Shown: piece after piece, positions 38,108 to 47,563 of the stretch
Layout: every line of letters starts with the position of its first letter
Position numbering within the stretch: position 1 is the first letter of the stretch
Source: a virus
Length of the DNA stretch: 64,000 nucleotides
UHGV virus genome: UHGV-1352889
Reading direction: 5' to 3' (one strand)
Translations under genes and position numbers: made by a program
Notes under the pieces: model-generated
Database searches by the model: none
What the model saw: the letters and a program-made list of their open reading frames with translations, nothing else
What the model was told of the DNA's origin: nothing

Positions 38108-39079
38108 TTATGCGATATTTCCAACGAAGGTAATCACCGCAGTTCCTTTAAAGGTCCCGGCATCACCGCCCGTAGGAATCTGGAACGAGGCAACGGCGGC
38201 TCGCTGTCCCGCACCAAGAGCAGTCCCCTGTGAAAAGATAAGAGTTCCTCGAAGGTTCTTACCAGTCACAATACCCTGCGCGGCCTCGAGAGGAAGAAGA
38301 CCTTGCGCCCCTGCTTCCCCAACTACGTTGGTAAGGACTACGTTCTGGTTCTGGATAGTGATGTTGCCATCGTATTGGAATTCAGGTGCGGCGGCTTCGG
38401 TCACGAAGTCCACGCGGTAATATCCGGCAGGGGTAGGACCTACAAGAGCTACGTCGGAAACGGTGTCCGAAAGGGTCGTAAGCTGGGGAGCGGTAAGACC
38501 CTCAATCCCCTGCGCGGCTACGATGTCAACGTTAGCCTTTACTGCTCCATCTACGTACACCCACGCTTTCGTACCGGTGGAAGTGAAACGAGTGGTCCCT
38601 GCGGCAGTTACAAACGGAGGTTCTTCTATTGCGTCTGCAATGGTATCTCCTGTCTTGACAAATACGGTTACAGGGACTTCCGCACTTACTTTCAATTCGT
38701 ACCCCGTATCTGCGACTAAATCACCGATACTATACCACTTGTCAGGTGATAAGTCTGCGGGAAGAGTTGCTTCTTCGGGGGCCGGAATTTGGTCGGCCTT
38801 CATAGTCAGGGTAATCTCCGCGCCTTCAAGGGCATCGATGCGGAGGTAAGCGTTAGTCTGACCACCTTCCGTCACGAAGTAGAAAGCACGGCCAGAAAGA
38901 TACCCTTCGGCTTCCACCTGCTCCAACGCTTCATCTTTCGCGATGACCACATGCGGGCACTTGGTAGACGTGACAATAAACTTATACCGAGTGGCCTCGG
39001 TCAGTCCGGTAAGCTGATAGATTTGCCCGCGAGCGATAGTTGCATTCTCTGCGGGGATGGGAAGATTTTCTATTGCCAT
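38108..39079 (-). CDS. structural protein, Ig-like/beta-sandwich composition (323 aa)
   Basis: Ala/Thr/Val/Gly-rich, no Cys except one; adjacent to capsid genes. Confidence 0.55.
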   Translation of the reverse strand: MAIENLPIPAENATIARGQIYQLTGLTEATRYKFIVTSTKCPHVVIAKDEALEQVEAEGYLSGRAFYFVTEGGQTNAYLRIDALEGAEITLTMKADQIPAPEEATLPADLSPDKWYSIGDLVADTGYELKVSAEVPVTVFVKTGDTIADAIEEPPFVTAAGTTRFTSTGTKAWVYVDGAVKANVDIVAAQGIEGLTAPQLTTLSDTVSDVALVGPTPAGYYRVDFVTEAAAPEFQYDGNITIQNQNVVLTNVVGEAGAQGLLPLEAAQGIVTGKNLRGTLIFSQGTALGAGQRAAVASFQIPTGGDAGTFKGTAVITFVGNIA

Positions 39080-39109
39080 AATTCTTCGTTAAGAGTTTTA
39101 GTTAAAAGA

Positions 39110-39391
39110 TTATGCTCCAAAGCCAGAGGCGATAATAGAACCAATGTCGGCTCCTTCTGCCAGTTCTTCGGCTTCTTCGGTTTCGGTTTCCTGTTTGGGA
39201 GATTCGGTTTCTTCTTCTTCGGAGTTATCGTCGTCATCGTCGTTGCTATCATCGTCACCTATTTCTTGGTCCTCGATAGAAACAATCTCAATAGATTTGC
39301 CATCATCTGAAACAACGCCAACTCCCATGAGCTGAACCTCATCCCCCGGTTTAAGGTCTCCAAATTTTTCAGGGTCATACGTAATCTTCAT
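39110..39391 (-). CDS. highly acidic small protein (93 aa)
   Basis: C-terminal DDDSNDDDDDNSEEEETESPKQETETEEAEE. Confidence 0.5.
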   Translation of the reverse strand: MKITYDPEKFGDLKPGDEVQLMGVGVVSDDGKSIEIVSIEDQEIGDDDSNDDDDDNSEEEETESPKQETETEEAEELAEGADIGSIIASGFGA

Positions 39392-39458
39392 GCAGATAAA
39401 AAATTGAGGCGAGCGGGTTCATCCCGCCCGCCTCGGTTTAAGAGTTATAGGTTTAGGC

Positions 39459-40715
39459 TTAGAGGCCCGGCACTGCCGCGGGGGTACTTACCAGAGAGCC
39501 AACGGGCTTGCCGTCAGCACCAACGAGTTCGCGGCCAGCGGTCGTGCGAATGTGTCGGATGACTACACCGTGACGCGGGAAGACAGGCATCGGAGCGGCA
39601 GAAAGCGTCGCGATGAACATGCCCTGCGTACCCATGTAGTTATCGCCGTTGTCCTTGTTGTTCACCCAAACCAGCTCACCAGCGTAAGTCACGGGGTCCC
39701 ACTTGGCCTGACCGTAGGCAGACACCGGACGAGGAACGAGGGACTTGTACACGTCCTTCACAAAGATAATCGTATCTTCGTAGGGGGCATTCATGTACGC
39801 GGGGTTCGGCACATAGCGGTTGCCAACAGTCGTTTCCACCTTGATATACTGGGGAACTTCCACCCACTTCTGACCAGTCGGCTTGGTGTCGTCGAAGGTG
39901 TAGCGGGGGTTCATGTTGTCCACGATGTAGGTAAAGCCCTTGTACGTCCACTTCACGCCCAGCTGACGCAGGAGGGTAGCATCCTTGCCTTCCGCGGCCT
40001 CTGCGAAGTTCCAGTCCTTGCGGATAACTTCGTTGTGACGCAGGATGAAGTCCACGGTGTCCTTAGACGTGTAAGCCAAGAAGACAGGGGAACCTTGGTC
40101 CATCAGAGCGGCAGATTCGCCAGCACCTTCATTGATGAGCAACTGCCAAGCTTGGTTCATCAGGTCGTCGTTCAGAGCGGCTTCGGGCTTAACTTCCGGC
40201 ATGGAGTTAATATCGTTGCTCACGACATCGAGACCAACAACACCCGCCTTCGTGGGGATGAGTTTGTAGCTGGCGATGTTGATGTAGCTCTGACGGTAGA
40301 AGCGAGACCAAGTATTACCGACGGCACGGACCAACTGCTTCACCGCATTCTCGGCCTGTTGCTTAGCTTGCCATGACTGACGCATACGGAGTACGTCCAG
40401 TTTCTGGGAGGAAAGCCTCGTGATGAAGCGGCTGTAGGAGTATTCCGTAGCCCCAGTATCATTTACCGTAATCGGAATCTGGTTGGAGGTGGAAGCGAGG
40501 TTAATGTTCATCCATTCGGCACGGGGGTCCGTAGCACCGAAGGTTGCGATGCGCCCGGAATCACCAACACCGTCAGTCCATTCACCCGTCATAATCATCT
40601 GGGAGTTCCACGGAGAAGTACGAGCAAAGGTGCTGAACATGTTGGCGTTAAGAAGGTTGGTCATCGTGACCAGCTTCAATTCTTGGGCCTGAATATCGTT
40701 AGGAGAAGTAGCCAT
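39459..40715 (-). CDS. candidate major capsid protein (418 aa)
   Basis: Cys-free, typical MCP composition; preceded by a 212-nt intergenic region; position after scaffold-like and portal-like genes. Confidence 0.45.
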   Translation of the reverse strand: MATSPNDIQAQELKLVTMTNLLNANMFSTFARTSPWNSQMIMTGEWTDGVGDSGRIATFGATDPRAEWMNINLASTSNQIPITVNDTGATEYSYSRFITRLSSQKLDVLRMRQSWQAKQQAENAVKQLVRAVGNTWSRFYRQSYINIASYKLIPTKAGVVGLDVVSNDINSMPEVKPEAALNDDLMNQAWQLLINEGAGESAALMDQGSPVFLAYTSKDTVDFILRHNEVIRKDWNFAEAAEGKDATLLRQLGVKWTYKGFTYIVDNMNPRYTFDDTKPTGQKWVEVPQYIKVETTVGNRYVPNPAYMNAPYEDTIIFVKDVYKSLVPRPVSAYGQAKWDPVTYAGELVWVNNKDNGDNYMGTQGMFIATLSAAPMPVFPRHGVVIRHIRTTAGRELVGADGKPVGSLVSTPAAVPGL

Positions 40716-40927
40716 TTGTAAATTAAATTTGGTTTAATTTGCAACGCCTAGTTCTCTTTGGAAGATTTTGTTTTGGGGTCTTACGCGGTCATGGCAGGGT
40801 CAGGACCAAGAATTTTCACACCTGCATAAAGGTTTGTTTTGGTTTGCTCGCGGGAAAGCAAGAATGGGACACCGCATTTGATGCCCCATTCTTGTCATAA
40901 AATTACCAGTATGTCAAGGAAAATTTA

Positions 40928-42130
40928 TTATAATCCGAAGGCACTACCAATAATGTCCCCGACTGCGGTCGGCCCGGCGGGTGGCTGGGTCTCTGGGGCT
41001 TTGGAGCTACCACTGTTAGCGGAGGGGCGGGCCTTGCGAAGTTTGGCCACCTTCACGTTGAGAGCCTCGATTGTCGCGCGAGCATCTGCCAGTTCCTTAA
41101 CCATGAGTTCGGCCAGTGCGCCATCCATGAAGGAACCATTATTTATCTTGTGAGCAAGATGGCGGGCATGCTTCACATTCTCTTCGGTAATCTCCGTGGT
41201 CATGCCCAGTTCCTTGGCGCGTTCCTGCATCGCTTCCAACGTGTAGTTGTCGAGATTGACGGTGTAGGTTGCACCTTCGGATTTGCCGCCGCGGCTGGCC
41301 TTCAACTCTTCCACATACTTGTCGGCTTCGGCCTGATAGTTTCCGTGGGCGACAATGGCCGCGTCGCGGACCTTAGCCATGCGGACAAATTTGAACACGG
41401 CAGAATCGCTGATGCCCAGTTCCTTCCCAATGGCCTCATACGCTTCTTCCCGGTCGTACTCGTCGAGGTCAGGATTAAGGGCAACTTCATTCAGCTTGTC
41501 CATGTCCAGAGATGCACCAGAGGCGCGGGCAATCTCTGCAAGTTTGGCGTTAGCCTTATTGTACGGGGCAGTTACATTGGTCTTGTATTCTTCGGTTGCG
41601 GTGAAGGCATAGCCGCGTACAATTTCTCGCAGAGATTCAAGCTCTTCATTGCTTGACGTGGACTTACCCGCTTCTTCCAGCTTGGCCTTCAAGTCCGCGA
41701 TTTCTTTCTTCGCGCCCCTCAACTGGACGCGCATTTCAGCGAATGCCTTGCTCGCGGCCTTGCTCGCTTTCTGTTCCTTAGGACCGTTGTTCTGTTCTTC
41801 CTTCTTCCCTTCTTCGTTTTCTTCCTCTTCGTTTTCCCCCTCTTCGTTCTGTTCTTCCTCGGTTTCCTCGGATTCCGTGTCATCCGGGGGAACCGGGGTT
41901 CCCGTGGTATTGACTACTTCATCATCCGCGATGCGGGGACCAGCGTCCGGCATGACTACCGTACCATCCGGGGATTCAATGGGAGCCGTGGGGTTAGCGG
42001 GATTGGAGGGTTGAGTGGAATCCGTGGAATCCGGGGCGAACAGGGTCTGTTCGAAAATGCTATGTACGTCGTTGTGAATGGCACCACCTATGATGCCCTC
42101 CGCTACTGCGGGAATATTTACATTATCCAT
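40928..42130 (-). CDS. acidic coiled-coil protein, scaffold-like (400 aa)
   Basis: EEEQNEEGENEEEENEEGKKEE tract then long heptad-like segment (IADLKAKLEEAGK…). Confidence 0.45.
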   Translation of the reverse strand: MDNVNIPAVAEGIIGGAIHNDVHSIFEQTLFAPDSTDSTQPSNPANPTAPIESPDGTVVMPDAGPRIADDEVVNTTGTPVPPDDTESEETEEEQNEEGENEEEENEEGKKEEQNNGPKEQKASKAASKAFAEMRVQLRGAKKEIADLKAKLEEAGKSTSSNEELESLREIVRGYAFTATEEYKTNVTAPYNKANAKLAEIARASGASLDMDKLNEVALNPDLDEYDREEAYEAIGKELGISDSAVFKFVRMAKVRDAAIVAHGNYQAEADKYVEELKASRGGKSEGATYTVNLDNYTLEAMQERAKELGMTTEITEENVKHARHLAHKINNGSFMDGALAELMVKELADARATIEALNVKVAKLRKARPSANSGSSKAPETQPPAGPTAVGDIIGSAFGL

Positions 42131-42137
42131 CTATGTA

Positions 42138-42455
42138 TTACTTGTTTGGTGAAAGTGAGTTAATCCAAGCGTTACGCTCGGTCATGGGATGATTCATCAT
42201 AGTTACCGGGGATTCGGTTTCTTCATTCTCTTCGGCCAGATTGAAGAGAGCGGCGATAACGGATTTAGCCCCAGCCGCGAAAGCTCCATTCAATGCGGCG
42301 GCTTCCATTGTGGGCTGTAATGTCGCATTGAGTTTTGACTGAACAATGCAGAGAGCTTCTTCCATTACCGGGTCATGCAGGAGTTCAGCAAGGCGGCCAG
42401 TCGCCGCCTTGTTGCTTTTGAACCCTTCGACAGTGTAGGTAGGAACTGCCTTCAT
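42138..42455 (-). CDS. hypothetical protein (105 aa)
   Basis: ORF with ATGA-type overlap with upstream gene. Confidence 0.5.
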   Translation of the reverse strand: MKAVPTYTVEGFKSNKAATGRLAELLHDPVMEEALCIVQSKLNATLQPTMEAAALNGAFAAGAKSVIAALFNLAEENEETESPVTMMNHPMTERNAWINSLSPNK

Positions 42456-44722
42456 CGTGCACCTCCCAGCGATTGAGCCGCTTTAGCGTTAGCTTCTACG
42501 GCGTTACGAGTAATCTCGGCATCCTGCTTTTCCTTAGCCAACTGGATTTCAGCTTCCGTCTTCATGCGCTTCAATTCAATTTCGGCTTCGGCTTTCATCT
42601 GTTCAGGAGTAGGTCCTTCTTGGGGAGCCGCTTCTTCGTTCTGTTGCATCGCTTCCAAGGCCCGCATGCCGTTGGTAATAACCTCGTTGCACCTCTTGAC
42701 CAGTTTCTCGTACTGTTCAAATTCGGGGACAACTTCCTTGGCGGCCTGCAAATAGTCCATGTGTCCTGCCAACTGGGCGACCAGAAGCTGTAGAGGTTGA
42801 GCTAGCTGGGCCATCTCTTCGGGTTCCAGCTGTGCGTCCGGTAGCATGGACATGATGAAGTTGGCATGCACTTCCGCGTGCGTCCTGTGGTCCTCGTTCG
42901 GCATAACCGGAACTTCCTGACCTGCCATGAGCTGGTTGTTCTGGATGGATGCGATAGAGGCGGCCACGGTTTCGGACGGGTTGGGGTCATCCTTCAACGG
43001 CATGAACAACTGCGCGGTGCGTCCATTCGTTTCATTGGCAATGGCCATGCGGATGAGACGTTCCTGCCCAGCGCGGGGCATGAACTGCATGTAGTTGAGA
43101 CACTGACGGAGAGCCATTGTACGGCGAACCTTACTGCCCGCACCGATAGGGGGAAGAGCGGTAACGCTGTCAAGGTCGATAGCGAAGAAGGCATCCCTTG
43201 GCACACCTGCTTCGTCCAGACGTTGGAGCATGCGTTCACGTTCCTTAAACCCGCCAATCCCTTCATCGTAGTCCTTGCGGATGATACGGCGAACGATTTC
43301 ACGGAGAAGGATGGTCATGTGCTCCAAGAGCATATCCATGATGTTATTGCTGACCTTGCTCGCATTACCCATACGGATTTCAGCTTCCAGCTGGGTGCGG
43401 CCCATGCCTCCATCAGCATTCACGTCAATCTCGCCCAAGCGTTCCCGGATTTGGTTCTGCAAGAATGCGAGGGGAGTTCCGGCAACTTGTTGCAGATTCG
43501 GCACGGGATTAGGAACCACTTGCGTTGACGGGTCCAAAATGGTATAGGCCCCCATCGGGTTCACCATTGCGGAGAGACGGGAGGTTTCATTGGTGGCAGA
43601 GACGTTCAGAGCCATGCCGAGGAACGCCGCGTCCGTCGCTTGGTTCATCAACTTGTCAATGACACGAGTGTGAGGCAGAAGGTCATTGCCATATCCGCGA
43701 AGGGCATGAATATCTCCATTGGTGCTACTGCCCAGCGGGAAGAGAATGAAGGCTTCTTCCATAGAGTTGTAGGCTCCTTCCTTGGTGTAGAGGAACTTGG
43801 TGTCATCTACATCGCGGTTCTGGTCACGCTTCACATCCTGACCATTGCCGCCGCTTCCGTTGACGAAGAAAATGGAATGAGTAACCGTACCGTTGAATTC
43901 GCGTACCCACATGTGGGCAATCGGAATACTGGTTCCAATTACGTCGGTCAGGGTGTAGTCTCCGTTTTTGAGCATCTTCTCGGTCTCCCAAGAAATGCGC
44001 TGGGGCTGTACTGTCTGATTGTAACTACAGGTCTTCAACACCTTCATGACCTCTTCCACATCCCAGCCAGCTTCCCTTGCGGTCTGCGGGTCACGAATGA
44101 AATCGTAGAGTTCATGGGCACGAAGGGTACGAGTAGCAAACACAACCTCAAGGGTGCTACTGTCCGGCTTAACCTTTCGCTCGAAGGCAAACTCGTTCAG
44201 ACTACCCGCCTTGAAGTACCAAGTGTCAGGGTCCTCAAAGTAGGCAAGGCCGAAGCCGTGGAAGGAGAAGTTGTGAAGAAGGTCTGTCATGATGGAAGTG
44301 AATCCCGGCATGGACTTGACCATCTTCGTCACCTCGGTGGAAAGGATGTCTGAATAAATGGGGCGACGAGCATTATCTCCGAAGGTGGTTTGCACCGAAA
44401 CAAGTTCGGGGTTATCCCACACTTCACGGAGGCTGGCCGCCACCTTTTCACGAACAATCCGCATCGTGCGGAAGTTGTAGTTGGTTCGATAATTCTGACC
44501 AACTGCGGAAAGGGCCATTGGGTCATACGGGCGTTGTCCGTCCAGCTCTGCCTGTGCCTCTGTCCTCGCTTGCATGGATAGCTGGTCAGCGGTGAGGCAG
44601 AAGTAGAGCAAGGCGCGGGCTTGGTCAGCGGTCGGAACCCTTCGCTTGAGAAGAGTTCCGTTCTCGTCAACCACGCCAATAACCCCCGGACCTACGGGAG
44701 CATTTGCGTCTGGTTTCGGCAT
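42452..44722 (-). CDS. candidate portal protein (756 aa)
   Basis: Size and position between terminase and capsid/scaffold genes; no motif-level confirmation. Confidence 0.45.
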   Translation of the reverse strand: MPKPDANAPVGPGVIGVVDENGTLLKRRVPTADQARALLYFCLTADQLSMQARTEAQAELDGQRPYDPMALSAVGQNYRTNYNFRTMRIVREKVAASLREVWDNPELVSVQTTFGDNARRPIYSDILSTEVTKMVKSMPGFTSIMTDLLHNFSFHGFGLAYFEDPDTWYFKAGSLNEFAFERKVKPDSSTLEVVFATRTLRAHELYDFIRDPQTAREAGWDVEEVMKVLKTCSYNQTVQPQRISWETEKMLKNGDYTLTDVIGTSIPIAHMWVREFNGTVTHSIFFVNGSGGNGQDVKRDQNRDVDDTKFLYTKEGAYNSMEEAFILFPLGSSTNGDIHALRGYGNDLLPHTRVIDKLMNQATDAAFLGMALNVSATNETSRLSAMVNPMGAYTILDPSTQVVPNPVPNLQQVAGTPLAFLQNQIRERLGEIDVNADGGMGRTQLEAEIRMGNASKVSNNIMDMLLEHMTILLREIVRRIIRKDYDEGIGGFKERERMLQRLDEAGVPRDAFFAIDLDSVTALPPIGAGSKVRRTMALRQCLNYMQFMPRAGQERLIRMAIANETNGRTAQLFMPLKDDPNPSETVAASIASIQNNQLMAGQEVPVMPNEDHRTHAEVHANFIMSMLPDAQLEPEEMAQLAQPLQLLVAQLAGHMDYLQAAKEVVPEFEQYEKLVKRCNEVITNGMRALEAMQQNEEAAPQEGPTPEQMKAEAEIELKRMKTEAEIQLAKEKQDAEITRNAVEANAKAAQSLGGAR

Positions 44723-44727
44723 ATCTA

Positions 44728-45618
44728 CTATTTGTCAATTTCGTCTTTACCCTCAACCGCATCAGCCTTCATGGCTTTCTTGGTCTTGGGCTTCACAGGT
44801 GCAGGTGTAACAACTTTCGCGCTGGGTGTCAAGTCTTCTGCTTCACTTAAATCCTCGCGGGCTTTAGTTGCTCCACCTACTTGCTCGGACTGTCCCATCA
44901 TATTGATAGATTCCGCTTTGATGCTGGCGATAGATACCTCGGCAGGGGTCGTCACCGTGACTTCGCCAAGAACTTGGGGAAGCTTAAAGTTGTCCGCGTC
45001 GGGGATTTCACCAACGGTGATGAGGTCGTCCCAGTTCTCCACGTTGAAGCACTTCTCGGTCAGCACCTTGTCAAGGAAGAGACGGAAATGCTGGGAGATG
45101 GTGACGTAGGGAACTCGCTGGGGATAGAGCTTCGCCAGCTGGCTGGACATGACGAAGGTTCCGTCCACGGTGCGAGATTCGTAGGAACCTTCGGTAGCGG
45201 GAACGGTGAAGTATTTACCCGCAATAACCGGAGCCTTCTTGCGATAGAACGTTGCATCCAGCGTATCAATCGCGCCGGGCTTAAACTTTTCATTGCCGCG
45301 TTCGGAAACCCAAATGATAGCTCGTTCGTCCGGCGCGTTCTCGTAAGCCAGAGCCTGTTGCAGTCGGGCGAAGAGATGAGTAACGAGAGCGTAGCTACCC
45401 GTGACAGGGGTCAGCAACTCAATCGTGCGAAGGTCCCGGAACTGATTCTTCAAGATTTTAACCATGGGTTCAGCGGCGGCCTTGGCCCGGTAAGGGAGCA
45501 GGAGCCAAACATCGTGGTCGCCACGGCTGGAAGCCGCAACGCTGTCAATGAGGTTCTGTGCAATGTTCGCGCCGTTGATAAGGACGCGAGGTTCACAAGG
45601 GATTGCTATTGTAGCCAT
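44728..45618 (-). CDS. hypothetical protein (296 aa)
   Basis: ORF. Confidence 0.55.
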   Translation of the reverse strand: MATIAIPCEPRVLINGANIAQNLIDSVAASSRGDHDVWLLLPYRAKAAAEPMVKILKNQFRDLRTIELLTPVTGSYALVTHLFARLQQALAYENAPDERAIIWVSERGNEKFKPGAIDTLDATFYRKKAPVIAGKYFTVPATEGSYESRTVDGTFVMSSQLAKLYPQRVPYVTISQHFRLFLDKVLTEKCFNVENWDDLITVGEIPDADNFKLPQVLGEVTVTTPAEVSIASIKAESINMMGQSEQVGGATKAREDLSEAEDLTPSAKVVTPAPVKPKTKKAMKADAVEGKDEIDK

Positions 45619-45624
45619 TGTCGT

Positions 45625-46116
45625 TTATTTTGTTTTAGTTGCTTTGAGGGCGCGGCGTTCAGCCTGTATGCCCAAGGATGTGTCCGCTTGAGGCGGCAGG
45701 ATATTGAATGCCCATTCAGTTACCAACTGCTGGAAGAGATACCAGCGGAAGTAGAGCTGGGATTCGACGAGAGGCTCATACATTAGATAGGAGAAGAAGG
45801 GGTACTTTCGAGGACTGCCCGGAGTTAGCGTGAGGGGTCTAGTGAGGGGGGTTTCCGTACTATTCGAGAATATCTTTGTCCGAAAGTATTTAGGACGCAC
45901 TCCATGCACCGGGTCAACATCCTTAAAGGCCATCACGTGTGTAGGGTTCGCCCGGTCGGGGTATGGGTGCATGACCTCGCCACGTGTAGGCGCAAGCCTC
46001 GCGGACTTCCCGTTCACCCACGCAAGGTAGTAGGCACGGTATCTCCATGCTTTTCCCCACACCTCCTTATCCCGTGCTACCTCATGGAAGACGGCGGCAT
46101 TCTCACTTATCGCCAT
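45625..46116 (-). CDS. hypothetical protein (163 aa)
   Basis: ORF. Confidence 0.5.
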   Translation of the reverse strand: MAISENAAVFHEVARDKEVWGKAWRYRAYYLAWVNGKSARLAPTRGEVMHPYPDRANPTHVMAFKDVDPVHGVRPKYFRTKIFSNSTETPLTRPLTLTPGSPRKYPFFSYLMYEPLVESQLYFRWYLFQQLVTEWAFNILPPQADTSLGIQAERRALKATKTK

Positions 46117-46867
46117 TGTCGGACGTGGGTTTCAGGTTTTTATCCTCTTGTGCGTCTGCAAGGTAGTTGACGAAGTTAATGAAGGTAGCCGCGTCAAATT
46201 CGGGCAGTTCGTTCTTGTAACTGGCATACGCGCTTGTATTCGCCATTGGGATTGCGGGCCAAGGTTTATATTCCTTGGTCAGCTTCTCGGCAATACTGCG
46301 TAGGAACTGACTATATTCCTCCGACGGTGCGATGAGGGAAAGGAAAGCGTCCACCCCGTCAGGGCTACCGGAGGTCTCTACCTCCCTGTCAAACGTCAGC
46401 GGGTCGTCCGCGTACTCGACATGGGAGAGCTTGGCATTGTACTTGTTCGTTCTCTTGACGGCCTTCTTGTACTTCTTCGCGTGTTCGCGAAGCTTGTCAA
46501 GGTCATCGAGCCACAGAGGAACCTGTTGCCACCATGAACGCATAGCTTCTACCCGCAAGCGGATAAGATAGGATGAGCGCATGATTTGGGTCAGGCATCC
46601 ACAATGGTGTTGCTTGCGCGTTAATTGCAGACGGTTCATCGTGACCACATTCCCGCATGCACATTGCGCGACATACGGATATCGGACATCGTGGGAGTAC
46701 CCGATAACTGTTAGAATCCCTTGGGTATGACCAACAGGCAACGGTTCATCATCCGTTCCCATATAATCGGGGAACGTTTCTGGGGTCTTCACTTCCTCCG
46801 GCAAGTTCATGAGAGCTACCGGGGTCCAACGACGGAAGACTTCTTGAATTGATTCGGGTTGAGCCAT
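46103..46867 (-). CDS. hypothetical Cys-containing protein (254 aa)
   Basis: ORF; CxC…C..C pattern (AQCACGN…HHCGC). Confidence 0.5.
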   Translation of the reverse strand: MAQPESIQEVFRRWTPVALMNLPEEVKTPETFPDYMGTDDEPLPVGHTQGILTVIGYSHDVRYPYVAQCACGNVVTMNRLQLTRKQHHCGCLTQIMRSSYLIRLRVEAMRSWWQQVPLWLDDLDKLREHAKKYKKAVKRTNKYNAKLSHVEYADDPLTFDREVETSGSPDGVDAFLSLIAPSEEYSQFLRSIAEKLTKEYKPWPAIPMANTSAYASYKNELPEFDAATFINFVNYLADAQEDKNLKPTSDNGDK

Positions 46868-46903
46868 GCCCTCAATATAGGAGAAAATACGAACTTGTCA
46901 ATA

Positions 46904-47563
46904 TTATTTTTCGTCAGCTTCGGGCTTTTCGCCCTTCTTCTTTAGCTTCAAGGTGATGGTACGGGCCGCGCTTCCTTCTTCCAGTTCAGGACGAGTGCCA
47001 TCCTTGTTCAGAGTTACTGGTCCACCCTGCAATCCCATCTGCGTCACTATCTCGGTTTGTTCCAGCTCGAACTGCTGGATAACCTGTGACAGTAGGTCCA
47101 TGTCGCGCTTCGCAATCGCTTCGTTAAACTTCTCCCACAGACCGTGGCTTCGCTCCATGATAGAGAGGAAGAGAGGTACATCCTTAATGGATTGTATCTC
47201 TGCGTCGGCCATGAAGGAAGCGACACGGGAGAATCCACTGTTCATCAGTTCTTTGTACTGGCTACTCATGGATTCAACGATGTCAAGCTCAATCTTCGTC
47301 CTCGCCTCTTGGCGTTGGAGGATGCGTGCCTGTGTGTTCTGTGTGTACGTATTGAGAAGTTCATTGCGGATAGCCAGTTCCTCCTTCGAGAGTTGGACGC
47401 TATCAACAATCTTATCAACACGTTCACGGGAGAGGCCAGTAACTTCCGAGATGACAGGAACCGGGGTCCCTGCCTTGTACATCTCAATGGCCTTCCTTAT
47501 AACGGTGTTCTCGTTAGTGATTGGTTTGGGAGCAGAAATCTTAGCGGCGGCTCTTAGGTCCAT
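46904..47563 (-). CDS. HTH-containing protein downstream of terminase (219 aa)
   Basis: VISEVTGLSRERVDKIV helix-turn-helix-like; coiled-coil C-terminus. Confidence 0.45.
   Translation of the reverse strand: MDLRAAAKISAPKPITNENTVIRKAIEMYKAGTPVPVISEVTGLSRERVDKIVDSVQLSKEELAIRNELLNTYTQNTQARILQRQEARTKIELDIVESMSSQYKELMNSGFSRVASFMADAEIQSIKDVPLFLSIMERSHGLWEKFNEAIAKRDMDLLSQVIQQFELEQTEIVTQMGLQGGPVTLNKDGTRPELEEGSAARTITLKLKKKGEKPEADEK

Noticed and set aside
40862-40892. 8-bp inverted repeat AGAATGGG…CCCATTCT upstream of the candidate capsid gene
   Set aside because: Short stem with 16-nt loop and no flanking U-run; too weak to call a terminator or operator
46904-47563. Small terminase assignment for the 219-aa HTH protein
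   Set aside because: It lies downstream, not upstream, of TerL and only an HTH-like segment is visible; left as hypothetical
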